A stretch of DNA of 60,817 bases, the filler included, from Dirinaria sp. TL-2023a (lineage: Eukaryota): assembly GCA_051941275.1 (NCBI GenBank). It is 3 parts of 3 records of this genome, joined end to end, with 100 filler letters (N's around TTAATTAATTAA, not from the genome) between each part and the next. Parts side by side here need not be neighbours in the genome. Positions count along the whole stretch, not along the records: positions 1 to 20,266 come from JAVEBF010000295.1; positions 20,367 to 40,597 come from JAVEBF010000296.1; 1 more part is not named here. One strand, 5' to 3'. The stretch's first letter is position 1, and each line of letters starts with the position of its first letter. The notes beneath the pieces were generated by a model. That model worked only from the letters and a program-made list of their open reading frames with translations. It did no database searches and had not been told where the DNA came from. Positions 12,725-24,707 of the stretch are shown one piece after another. A program made the translations under genes and the position numbers.

Positions 12725-14175
12725 CCGAGAGCGTAATTTTCATCTATCCGTTACTTCTGAGAGTCCGGACACAGGTTGATGATCTAATGCCTCGTCGGTC
12801 TGCTATGTAATGTTCAAAGGTGCTTAGGTCCAGCCAGCGGTGTCGTGGCTTATTTCCACACGGAGATCGGGCGCATGTTGACCGTGGGGTTACTTCTCTT
12901 GTAGTCTTATGAGGCCAAGTCGAAGTAAAGAGTAGGTTGGACAGAAGAGAAATCAAAGGAAAATGAAAGGGGATTAGTACCAGCAGGAGGCACAGTTGAA
13001 ATTTCAGATGTCGCCCATCCATGGCTGTCACAATTTTCATGCGTTGGAGCCTCTGCCGAGCAGCTCGAGAAGGCTGAAACGAAGCGTGGGATCTTGGGAG
13101 CAACCCTCTTGCAAGCCTGCAGATAGGATTGTCGGACATCTCGAATTGGAAATCTATGAGACGAGTACGGGTGTCCCATTAGCCTATCACGTCGATTCCA
13201 GTCGCTCTGTACTCAGGCAGTGTGCACGTTCCAGCCTAGCAAGATGGGTAAATATGCTCCCTAGATAGAGTGGTATCGATTTCGCATTGTGGCATGGGAA
13301 CGAGGACATAGGAATTTCCGCAGTCTGTCATATCTATCATTGGCTCCTTTTCGACCAGGGTGCCGCGTTTCATTTCGCGAGTAAGTGTATGATTACTCGC
13401 GCGACTAAGTCTCAGACGGCCTATTAAATCTGTGGCTGTCTATGAAGACCTTAAAGTGCCGACATACTCTATAAAGCCTGGTTGCCAAACAGGGTCTTTC
13501 GGTGCACCGGTGTGGCTAGATTGATCTGATTGACGACGGGATGTTAGAATCCAAGCGCTACTACTGCATGCCAAAGCGGAACACACACGTTTAAGGAATG
13601 TCTACAACTACCGAGGGAACCTTACCTACAAAGGTAAGGTTGACGCCGGAAGCCCTGGCTAGCGTCATGTACGCCAGGATCAGCCGTCCAGGTGACTACA
13701 GGTAGGCTTTGTAGAGTGCAGGTGCACCCTAGGGGGGCTAGTTTTAGGTGGACGTTTGGGCGACTTTCAGTGAACCCCGCCAACTGCATTAACCACGCTA
13801 GCCAGGACTTGCTCTGTAGGGCGGCGTCCTTAATACTATCCTCATGATATAGTCGGGCCAAGCCAAGTGTAGGAGCCAACAGTCTTCGTACTGCTCTCAC
13901 CCTTCACACAACAGTGTATGATAATGTACCAGCTACACTAACTCAATTACGAAAAGAACTTGATCCATTCGGACACCGCATTCCTGATCATTTTTGAGCA
14001 AAACCGCCTGAGCTACGCTGCATGGAAGTATTTCTTGCTCGGCCGCGTCTCCATTTAATGGTGCTCTGCCAGCCCAATACCGCACTCAAAGAGATTTTGA
14101 ATCTTCAAGCACTATGAGTTAACGCGCCAATCAGCAATCGAGACGATCTTCCTTGATCACACGGTGCATGAATAA

Positions 14176-16199
14176 ATGTTTCCCATGACGCATGTCTCCG
14201 CAATCGTCCTTGGACTTCTCGATGGTCTCAGAGGTCTCTCATCTAAGATCACGAGCTCGCCCAAAACTTCTAATATGGACTGCAACAGTGCCGACACCTT
14301 GATCACGGACTTGACTGTAAGCTTTTGCTCTGCCAACAATCTCACGGCTAATTGCGCGCTGGATCCACTCCAATGGAACCGCATTGAAAAGGACCTCTAC
14401 CTGCGTACAGCCCAACAGACCGCGTGGCTGCACATAGCGCGGACGGAAATAAAAGATCTAAACACTCGTGATCTAGTGGTCACCGATATCAGAGTCGGCG
14501 AGGTGCGCCCGAACTCTACGTCGAATCAATCATGGGAGAGTCGACCGGGCGGCATATGGAGTACGTACAAACTGCTGTTTTCGTAGTCTCGTGCAGCCAC
14601 CAAAACATGCCTTGAAAGGAGAGGTCTGAAAATTCGTCACTTGCTGGACTTTTAAAATACTAATTGCGAACTCATCATTAGTACTAAGAAGCAGCTATAA
14701 TATTGCAATTCGCCACGCCGTCACGGATGTAGACGTTCTTTTTGGTATAGATGCTGTCGACCCACGACCACTATGGACACTCGTACAACCGCCGCTCGAG
14801 CTAAATGCTGAGCCGGACTTGCCAGTCGCACTACTAAGTGTAAAGTATCTTACGGCCAAGTCAAAACCAAGTGCCTTACAGCCTGTATTGAGGGCCAATG
14901 AGGATGGCAAGTTCAAGATTATGCAGATCTCCGACACCCACATGGTGACCGGTGTCGGAGTTTGCAGAGACGCTGCCGATGCTCATGGGCAGCCTCTACC
15001 CGAAAGCGAGGCTGATCCACTGACGGTAGAATTTCTTGGGGGAATATTAGATATCGAGAAGCCAGACCTAGTGATTCTTACTGGAGATCAACTGCACCAT
15101 GACATCCCAGACAGCCAATCTGCTCTTTTCAAGGTGATTGCACCTTTGATCGAACGTTCCATACCATACGCAGCCGTCTTTGGCAATCATGACGCTGAGG
15201 GTGCCTTCTCATTATCGCGTAAGTTTTATTTCAAAGTATTTCAGGGAGCTAGAGATCGGCAAGGAATGCACCTCTAGAGCGAACCTTAAGCAAAATGGCA
15301 TGACATGTCTCTGCAAGACTATGTTGCACTGCCAATCAGCTCGGCCTTGCAAAGATAGCAGCTTATTCCCGCAATACTACGTCAATACCATGCTTTTCTC
15401 TTTTTGCTGACTCAAGAGCCTGGCAGGGACAGCACAAATGTCGTTGCTGCGGAGCCTGCCTTTTAGCCTTTGTAATTCAGGTCCAGAGGAAGTCGACGGT
15501 ATAGGTAACTACTACCTTCAGGTTTTAGGCCATGGGCAGTCACAGCTACCGTTTTCGACTTTATATTTTGTAGACTCACATGGGCAAACACCGAGTAAGG
15601 TGCAAGATCCAGACTACGACTGGATCAAACAAAGTCAGATTGACTGGTTCAAATGCACTTCCCAAGCGCTGAGAAGAGCGCGTGAGAAGGATGAGAGCCA
15701 AAATAGCCTTAATTTGTCTCTAGCGTTTATGCATATCCCTCTTCCCGAGTACGCAGACAGCGAACTCATATTGAAAGGCGGCCACCGACATGAGCCGACC
15801 GAGGGCCCAAGCTTCAACTCCCGTTTCTACGATATCTTAGAAAAGGAGCATATAGCGGCAGTAGGCTGTGGGCACGATCACGTCAATGATTTTTGCGCTC
15901 TGCGACCACAACAGAGACATGGACAGCTGCAACAGCACGGTCTCAAACCCCCGCACTTTGGTCCCTGGCTGTGCTACGGAGGTGGCAGCGGGTTTGGGGG
16001 GTATGGCTCCTATGATGGAAAGCGGTATCATCGCCGATCACGGATTTGGGAGCTCGACACGAACACGGGAGGCATAAGAACATGGAAAAGAGTCCAATAC
16101 AATGATGAAAGAGTCGATGAGCTGGTGCTTGTAAAAGGCGGCGCGGTGGTCTCACCTCATTGCAATACGGACGGAGGGACCTATGGAGTGAGCACCTAG
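14176..16199 (+). CDS. Calcineurin-like metallophosphoesterase, Dcr2/SIA1-like (purple acid phosphatase-related)
   Basis: Motifs FKIMQISDTH, PDLVILTGDQLH, FGNHD, AFMHIPLPEY, GCGHDHVND and GGGSGFGGYG; the N-terminal W.RIEKDLYL region is typical of Dcr2 homologues. Introns at ~14560-14680 and ~15219-15427. Confidence 0.9.
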
Positions 16200-17175
16200 A
16201 CCGAATCGTTCATCAGAGAATACGTGAACTGCTATTACTCTCCATCTTCGTTCTTTTACCTTCTCTTGCACCTACTTCAGACGCTTCACTCGCAACACTT
16301 GGCCTATAATTGACCAATTGACCAGAAGCTTTTTCTTCAAGCTACGTGAACGAACGCCACAGACAGAAGATCAGGCAATACAACAGGCGGGACAGAGGAT
16401 CAGTAGGGCAAGATTGGCCATGAGCGACCACCCAAAATTTGTAACCCATTTCTATATGTAAGTGAATACCCTTTTCCCCTAGATTTATGTTAGACTATTT
16501 TGTGGCGTATTTTGACTCTGCAATTCATTAACATACAGGACTTGGATGTGCTGGATAAAGTTCTGTAGCAACAAGATGTTAGAATATTCAGTAATTTCAA
16601 ATCTCTGAGCTCGATATCAAGATGTGGCATACCTTACGTTGTTGCGGGCGCATTCTACCAATGTTTAAATTACGTCCATTTTTCGTCGCGGCATGATCAG
16701 TTGCGCGGAGAAAAGCCGTGCTTAGTCAACAGAAATTTATGTCAGCGCTGCTCATCATTGACACTGCATCATGTTCATTCACAGACAGATGTATACGGAA
16801 TGCTACTGCGTATCGCAGGAAGAGTACCAGGCGCTATCTGTACGGGTGTCTCTTCCGAAATACAAAGTCATCTATCAATCGCCAAACATCTGCTAGATCA
16901 TTCTCGGCTTGCCAGAACCTAAAGAATGATTCAAGATATGAAACGGGCTGCAAGTTCGAACAGCCTCTTTGTCTTTGGACATATATTCCTTTGCGTGGTT
17001 CGATGTTGTACTTGATCGAGACATGACAAGCTGAGACCACCACCATACTTTCTAATTCATAGGCCCTTGGCTAGTGCTATGCAATAAGAAAGCAGTTATT
17101 ATCACGACGACATTCTCGTCCACCTCGATAGATCTTCATCTGTGTACCGATAAGGCACTACAAATTTCGCGTCTA

Positions 17176-17517
17176 TCATTCCCATTGTACACAGCGTACA
17201 GCGAGATTAATGATATCTCCCAGTCCTTGAAGCTCGCTACCATGCGGGAAATCAGACTCCACCAGGATCTTTCGAAATTCAACCATCCTCTCCACTTCGT
17301 GCAATAAATCCAGCTCGCCAATACTATTCCAGTCCCGTTCCTTTGCCAAGCTGTCAAGCTCCTGAATCGTTCGCTTAATGGCATCATTGGTCACGGAAAG
17401 ATCAAAATCCATACCATTAGTCTGAACGAGTCGAGCCCGAATCTTTGTCAGCCGTTCAGCGGTGGAAAGTGTTGTCTGGAAGGTGGACTCCACCCGTTCG
17501 TCGTGCTTATCCGGCAT
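17176..17517 (-). CDS. Small four-helix orphan protein A (113 aa)
   Basis: Intact ATG-initiated ORF with amphipathic helical periodicity, sharing a pattern with the two neighbouring ORFs. Confidence 0.6.
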   Translation of the reverse strand: MPDKHDERVESTFQTTLSTAERLTKIRARLVQTNGMDFDLSVTNDAIKRTIQELDSLAKERDWNSIGELDLLHEVERMVEFRKILVESDFPHGSELQGLGDIINLAVRCVQWE

Positions 17518-17968
17518 AGCTTGAAGTAGGCTTTGAAGTAGCTGGAAGGACGACCGTAATCAGTATCTAAAATTATGTTGAGAATGTTTGAGGGTGCAAA
17601 AGATATCTAACAAGTGGAAAAGGATATAGATTTTGGGAGGAGTATTTCACCACAAAATGATGGCAGACTTAACAATGGCATTGTTTCATTACTAACACAT
17701 CAGTCAAGGATAACGTTGTGATCTCGAAATGGTAATAAAGCAAGTAGACATGCGTCAAGGCGAAGAAGAATATGAGCACGGCGTTTACGCGTGGCTCTTT
17801 ATACGTAGTCAGCAGAGGTCTGAGTCAACCACCCTGGTCAATTTGCGCATGGCGTCTTATAGAGAGGTTGACAAATAGGGAAAACCAGGTCTGTATCTCG
17901 AAAAGAGTGTTGTACATATTTTTGGAAAGAGTCAAAGTGCCTATCAATCGCCAAAAATCATCGAGCAT

Positions 17969-18304
17969 TTATTCTTGGAGAGGCTTGAAGGCAGCGCTCA
18001 TAGCCTCATCAAATTTCGCCCAGTCAACATCCTGGAAAACCTCTGGTATCGTGTGGAGGTCGATCTTGACCTCCTGCATTCGATGTAGGTAAGCAATTAT
18101 CTCGGGCTCGCTTGGAGCTGGTTTGGCTTCCGATGTGCTTCGTAACAGCTCACAGAGCCTTCCTACTTTCTTCGAGATGATCGATTGGATTGCTTGAGTA
18201 TGCTCCCTAGGTGTGATGACCCCCTTCATTTTCATTCGCAAATTGAAAGCTGTCTCCAACACTTCGAACAGATCGTCAATCTCGCGATGAACGAAGGGCC
18301 TCAT
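17969..18304 (-). CDS. Small four-helix orphan protein B (111 aa)
   Basis: Intact ORF with an upstream GTATGT..GCTAAT..AG intron (~18361-18321, probably in the 5' UTR). Helical pattern shared with A and C. Confidence 0.6.
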   Translation of the reverse strand: MRPFVHREIDDLFEVLETAFNLRMKMKGVITPREHTQAIQSIISKKVGRLCELLRSTSEAKPAPSEPEIIAYLHRMQEVKIDLHTIPEVFQDVDWAKFDEAMSAAFKPLQE

Positions 18305-18811
18305 GACTGAGGTTTCCCACTATCTTTACAGAACTTAAATTAGCAAGTTGATCGAAACATACGCTGGCGAAAGATGTCTTTCATACTTTAAGGTAGTTTG
18401 CTTTGCTTCACTCTGAAGTAGGAAAGATAGGCTGACTGAGGTCTGTGATGAAATCAGGCTTGCTCAATCGACACGGGAGAATCTATCTATTGAACTACGC
18501 CTGAAACAGGTTTTATGATGATATTCAAGACTGTTCCTCTAGTTATAAGGATATTCGATCAGTTTGTACACCTATTTGCTCTCATTGAGCTCCCTTGATA
18601 GTTGACAGAGGATGGGTATGAGGTTTGTCACATGCACGAAGTTGCATCATCTGTATACACAAAATAACTGAAGCTACTGCAGACAATCACACTATCATAG
18701 TGCAAACTTTGCTCGTTGAACAAGCTATCTAGGGTTTTGTTGATACTTGTGACCACAGCTACAAACTCTCTTAAAACATGCTGCACACTTAAACCCAGCA
18801 ATTCAAGAACT

Positions 18812-19234
18812 CTAACACTTTTCACCAGCTTCATATTCATCCAACTCCTTCTGATTCGCTGCAATCAGACCCACCACAAGCCTATCCACGAACCGCTCCA
18901 CAGCCTCCACATTCTCCTTCTTCAACAACTCCGTGTGCTCCTCCAAAGCCTTTTCAAGGTCTGCGAATCTGCGGATCAGCCTGCAAGAAGTTTCCGTGTG
19001 GAAGCCCCTGTCAGGGAAGTCGTCGTTCATGGACCTAGTCAAGCGATCCATTATGGTGTTGAGTGTTTCCTGCAGCTTTACGACACTCTCCTGGTGATTG
19101 GTGCGTGTCTTCAGCGTTTTTATCGAGTACAGGACGTCCATAAGCATGTACCACATGTCCTCGATGTGTGAGTCGTCATCACCGAAGCTTTCTCGCAAGG
19201 ATGGGTTATAAGAATCGTCGTCGTGGTCTGACAT
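18812..19234 (-). CDS. Small four-helix orphan protein C (140 aa, acidic N-terminus)
   Basis: Intact ORF with coding-like composition and amphipathic helices. Confidence 0.65.
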   Translation of the reverse strand: MSDHDDDSYNPSLRESFGDDDSHIEDMWYMLMDVLYSIKTLKTRTNHQESVVKLQETLNTIMDRLTRSMNDDFPDRGFHTETSCRLIRRFADLEKALEEHTELLKKENVEAVERFVDRLVVGLIAANQKELDEYEAGEKC

Positions 19235-20266
19235 TCTGGTGCGGTTTAATATTCAGGAGGTCCGTTGGGTAGAGGGCAAGTATTCGAAGATATGTGTGTC
19301 GTTATTGTTTTGCTTTTTGGAGCTGGGAGGCTGATGTGAGGAGTTCGGTATAGAATGCTTGTTTGTGAGGTAAGTAAAGAAGGAAAGAATATTGCGAATG
19401 GTCGAAGACCTGAACTCTTTAAGTATTCGCTAAGTCCGTCATGAGCAAGGCAAGAAGTTTACAGTCATACCTACCGTATACAAATACGGCTCACGCGAAA
19501 TAGACGATGTGTCTTACAACATTGTATGACTATTGCTGTTTCACGACTAAAACATTTGACTAAAAAAAGATAGGAGTCAGCTTGAAATTTGTTCTGCGAA
19601 AGCATCTCGTTTTGAACCATGATGGCATTAGGGATGGAATTGCTGTGGAGGAGCAGTGCAATATATACGCAGTGGTAAGAGGCAATCGCATACGTGTTCC
19701 TATGCTAGCAGACATAGGCAAATATCGCCCAGACTGAGAGGTAAGCGAGATTTCTAAAATATCTGAATAGCACGCGACGATGCGTAGGGGCAGTATATTT
19801 CCTACGTACCTAAATGACCAGCGTCTTTAATAAAGAACCACCCTCTTTTTTTTTTTTTTTTTTAAAAAAAAAAGCAATGCTTTTCTCCTAGTACGCTGCT
19901 CCATCGTCAAATTCATTGACCCGTTATCATCGCATTTCATCGATCAGAAAAACACCCCGTACAAATGAATCATATGCAGCAAAACAGGGGCTTTGATCGA
20001 GAGAGTCATGAATGAAACGAGTGAGACATGTTCTGAATCCGTGTCTCAAATAACAATACAATTGTTCCCGATATGACCATCGCGAAAACAATGACTCTAC
20101 AACCTGGGAAATCGACATATGAAAGAAATGATGTTCCCGACCTCTCTAAAAACTCCTTAACCTTCTGATATCAAATTACCATCTCTCCCAAAAAAAACCC
20201 CATCCACCAAAGAAAACCAGGTCAGAACTATCAAAATACCCACCAACCAACCCCCGATTCGCATTC

Positions 20267-20366
20267 NNNNNNNNNNNNNNNNNNNNNNNNNNNNNNNNNN
20301 NNNNNNNNNNTTAATTAATTAANNNNNNNNNNNNNNNNNNNNNNNNNNNNNNNNNNNNNNNNNNNN
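20267..20366. other. Artificial contig linker (N44-TTAATTAATTAA-N44)
   Basis: A 100-nt N-run with a central six-frame stop cassette. Confidence 0.98.
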
Positions 20367-20770
20367 CACCCTCTTCCTCTTCCCACCCAAATTCCCAGGG
20401 AACTGCTCTCTGCGCAGTCGGAGTGATCTGGAGATTATTACTACAACACCTTACTATCATCGTGCTACTGTGGCCGTCCTCAAATTCACGTCGATTCCCA
20501 CCCCATCCCCCCACGTGAATCTCCATCCTCCCAACCCGTCTACGAAGTATTTACTGTGGTCGCTTCTCCTTGCCTTGCCTTACCTTGCCTTGCCTCCATC
20601 AAACTACATTGCTTCCAGCTTTTCGAGGGTTTGTCGGACAGGTGATCACTACCTTACCATCAATGTTCGCTCCCGGTCTTCTGCCGTGGAAGACAAGTTT
20701 GCTGACCGCTGGTAGCCAGTTGAGCTGTACCGCAGATCGAATACCCTCCTCGTTATCGTACCAATTACGG

Positions 20771-22880
20771 ATGGACGCTCCTATGGCATGTCCGTCGAGT
20801 CTAGACCCCCTCCTCAATCTGATGAAAATGGAGAAAGAGCTCTTTCTGAAAGGTAAAGCGCACCTCGCGCCTGACGAGCAAGAACGACAATGGGCTGCAC
20901 GAACCGCCGAACTCACCTCCGCCCTGGGATCCGCCACTGCCTTTGATTCATCTGATCTGGGATCGCCCCATCTAAAGCGTCCATCTGACCAGGAACCAGT
21001 ACACCCGACATCGGCAACGCCCTCGAACATGGCCCGATGTCACTCAGTAATCATACCGGCGCTTCATGGTAGCCTTCCTAGGACTGACTTTGGTATAGGA
21101 TAACCCAGCGACCCAAGGCCGTACCCGGCAACAGAGCAGCCCTTTTGTGTCTAATACGTTATCCAGAAAGCGCTCGAGTACCTCTCGGAATGGCCCGTCT
21201 CCGTTCACTAGCAACCGCACCGCTAGCTCCCCAATCCCCATCAGCAACCGACGAAAGGAGAACGATGCATTGCAGGAGTACCAAACCAACAACGACGACC
21301 CTTTCAATCCTTATAAAACCCGTCGTCTTTCCAAAGAGCCACAAATACTCGAATGTGCCGTGTACGATGACCCAGGTGTCTTTCTCGAGCAGAATGCGAC
21401 AGCAGACAACAACCTACCACCGGATCAGTCTCTTCGCCAACCCCCAACCCATATCCCTCACCGTCTATCGATGACTTCGACCCAACCTCCCATTCTTGGC
21501 AGTTCTCCCATTGTAGCTCAATCACCAGCAACTGCTTTTACTGGAAGTCTCAGTGACTTCACACCCCCTACCAGTGCCGCTATGAGCCGCCAAAGCAGCT
21601 CGATTTGTGGCGGCGTAAGTATGTTGAAACTCAACTCCCAGGCATCAAATGCGATATCAGAGCAGGGTCTAGGCGAACATACTTTCCCTCTTAACTCTCA
21701 GTCATTCGCTACCCGTGACAGCCAGGACGCCAAGACATCTGCCACCAATGCCGCTCAGCTTGCTAATCCTCCTTATACTACATATGATAGCGCATGGCCT
21801 GCGCAGCAGTCTTATGATTTCTCCGCACTGACTACTTCTCCCTTGGCGCCTTCAGCTTCTTCGCCAGAAATTCCCATGAAACGGTCAAGTTCGGCGGAGA
21901 CAGACCAGTCCGGCTCTTCTGAAGTCTCCAAAGGTAGCCAAGGGATGAATGCATCAAGCGCGCGCAGACTCGCGCCAAAAATGCAAAATGCTACTCAGTT
22001 ATTGTCTCGGCCACCATCATCTTCAGGACATGAGGTGATCCGCACGCGCTCAGCTGACGGCTCCGTAAAGGAGGTTGTGCCTATCGCAAAGGCCCCCTAT
22101 GTCCGCCCATATCACGACAAGATCAAGTGCACACAATGCAACGCCAAGCCGGACGGGTTCCGAGGGGAGCATGAGCTTCGTCGACATACGGAGCGAGCCC
22201 ACGGTGTTCATCGCAAGGCTTTTATCTGCGTTGACATAAGCTTGAACCGGAATTTTCTGGTAGGGTGCAAAGCCTGCGAGTCGAAGAAGAAGTACAACGC
22301 GTACTATAATGCCGCTGCGCATCTTCGCCGAGTGCATTTCAACCCAAAGCAGAAGGGTTGCAAAGGAAAGTCGAAGCACGGCGAAGGTCGTGGGGGCAAA
22401 GGAGGAGGAGATTATCCTCCTATGGAGATCGTAAAGGAGTGGATGATCGAAATTGATGAAGTTGTATCTCGCGACACGCCAGCGTACGAAGACATGGAGG
22501 AAGACGACGACATCTCCCCCTTGTCTCTGCAAGGTTCCGCTCTTGCGCACCCGAACACGCTCAACCGAACGCTCTCCACCAGCAACGTATTGTGTTCGCC
22601 TACGCTTGGGATCCCCATCCCGAGCGGCACCTACGATTCGACGACTGCTCCAGCATTCTCATTCTCAGCACCCGTTCACGGGCCTCCTCCCTACGACAAC
22701 ATGTCGTTACATCTCTCACAACCTTCCGATCCTCGAGCCGTCGCATCTTCCGACTTTCTAGATCTGTCTGTTGATGTCGACGCAAGCAGGTCCGGAGAGC
22801 CGATGGCTCCTTGGGACATGTCTCCCGCCCCTGATCCACTGTTCACAGATGGATTACAAGAGCCTTTCCTCCTTTCTTGA
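20771..22880 (+). CDS. Zinc-finger protein with atypical C2H2 fingers (KLAP1 'key lime pathogenicity'-like fungal family), putative transcription factor
   Basis: Exon 1 (MDAPMAC..) joins the 577-codon ORF through an intron at ~21047-21098. Conserved core: KIKCTQCNAKPDGFRGEHELRRHTERAH..FICVD..CKACESKKKYNAYYNAAAHLRRVHFNPK..RGGKGGGDYPPM. Confidence 0.8.
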
Positions 22881-24029
22881 TTTTTTCGTCATGTCCACCC
22901 CAATCTTCTCACGCTTTTCTGGGTCTCTCTGTCCTTTCTCCTTGTCTTTTATGCTGTATTGAGGTAAGGTGTAAGCGGGCATTGGTGGAGGATCTGGTCT
23001 CGGTCTGTTGAGAAGTTCGAGGGCTTCAGCGGAGGAAGCATGAGGAAGGGGCGTGCCGCGGCTTTCGCGCCGAAGGTTGAGTCCGCGGAAGATGATTCTA
23101 TTCTTCTCTCCCAAAATTTTTCTGTCACAATTTCCTTATACGCGAGTAGGAATGCCGAGCATCCTTTTCTGTACCACTAGTACTGTACATGCGGGAACAA
23201 GCCTACTTCCCCAAATATTCGATGTCGTTAGGTACAATAGCGAGGTCAGAACTTCTTGTATTGGTCCTTTAGTTTCAACTGTCGCCTCGAACAAATTCAG
23301 CCACATTTTGAAGGTGTCTGCAGGCTCCTGAATTGCCACCACCACGCGCTGGCTGCAGCGTTGTAGAAAATCCTTACATGAAGCCATCTTCGAAATAACG
23401 CCGGAAAATCAGTTGAGCCAGAATTGCAGCTCCACAAAGTCTGCGTGCTGAAGAAAGTCCAAGAAAATATCATTATTATGATGTACCTTGGTACATGACT
23501 TTCTTTTTCAAAGGTGAAGAGGTGAAAGTCGTAAAGTACCGAGGGTACGTAATCATGTGACAGGACCGCAGCCAACATCATTAATTGCCAGCCAATCGCT
23601 CTCTCCTAGCGCCACCATCAGATCACGTGCAGTTCTTGGCTACCCTCCTCCCCAGCCCGCTGCATCCAATCCGGATCCTGATCGTGATCTCGCTCTTGTT
23701 CTCGCTCCGCCTCCTTCTCTTTCGCTTCATCTTTTCTTACGTTCCACGTTTCACTCAATCCATCTACATACATCAAAGTCCACACCTACAAAGTCCATCC
23801 ATCGAACCTCTTCATCAACGTCAATAATATCCCCCATCACAGGTAACAGACCCATCCCTAAACTTGTGTCCTGAACCAGCTGTGAGTGTAACCCTCGGGC
23901 CGCTCACGACCGAAGATAGCCTTCGTCTACCGCCACTGCGCTGGGACTCGGGCTGACGGTGACAGTCCAAGGCGCGTAGACTTCGAGCTCACTCTATTTC
24001 TATCAGTTATCTGATCTCCAAACTCCGAC

Positions 24030-24707
24030 ATGTCGAACCAAGGTTACTATCAAGGAGGGCCGCAGTACCCCCAACAAAGGTTCGTGCGCCTATCCAAGAG
24101 TCTGACAAATCCCAACCCTTCAAGCATTGTCCACTCCAGCCATCAGTGAACCAAGGTTAATACCCGTCTTCTCATTTAGCTATGGCGGTTACCCTCCTCA
24201 GCAACAAGGCTACCCTCCCCAGCAGGGCTACTATAACCAAGGCCCTCCGGTATCTCACCTTTCGATTTTACCTTCGCACACCTTGATGCGACCCATACCT
24301 TCAAATCCCTACCCAAAGCTCTTAGACATGGGACAGATCGCTGATCCGTATGTGTCATAGCAACAGATGCAATACCAACAAGGCCCGCCACAGCAGGTAG
24401 TCGTCCGAGAGAAGAAAGACCGTGGATGCCTTACCGCATGGTGAGTCCCTTTCGCTATCTCTCTCAAAGCTTTGTTTGGCGATCATCGCCCTGCAAACTT
24501 GCACGAAGCGGACTATCCCTGCAACTACTGTATTGTCCAAACCACGCCCGTGCACCAGTCTGAGCTGAGAGCTGCTGCAATGGAAACTTATTGATCGCTG
24601 ACTTTGCCAATAACAATAGTCTTGCGGCACTTTGCTGTTGTTTCGTCGCCGAAGAGGGATGTGAATGCTGCGCCGACTGCTGCGAGTGTTGCGCCGACTG
24701 CTGCTAG
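24030..24707 (+). CDS. CYSTM-family (cysteine-rich transmembrane module) protein, Q/P/Y/G-rich N-terminus, 4 exons
   Basis: Spliced product MSNQGYYQGGPQYPQQSYGGYPPQQQGYPPQQGYYNQGPPQQMQYQQGPPQQVVVREKKDRGCLTACLAALCCCFVAEEGCECCADCCECCADCC*, using three GT-AG introns. The gene is missed by the ORF track. Confidence 0.9.

Noticed and set aside
20311..20322. TTAATTAATTAA palindrome (also 40642-40653) as a regulatory or recombination site
   Set aside because: It is centred in N-runs of identical length, so it is an artificial six-frame stop linker.
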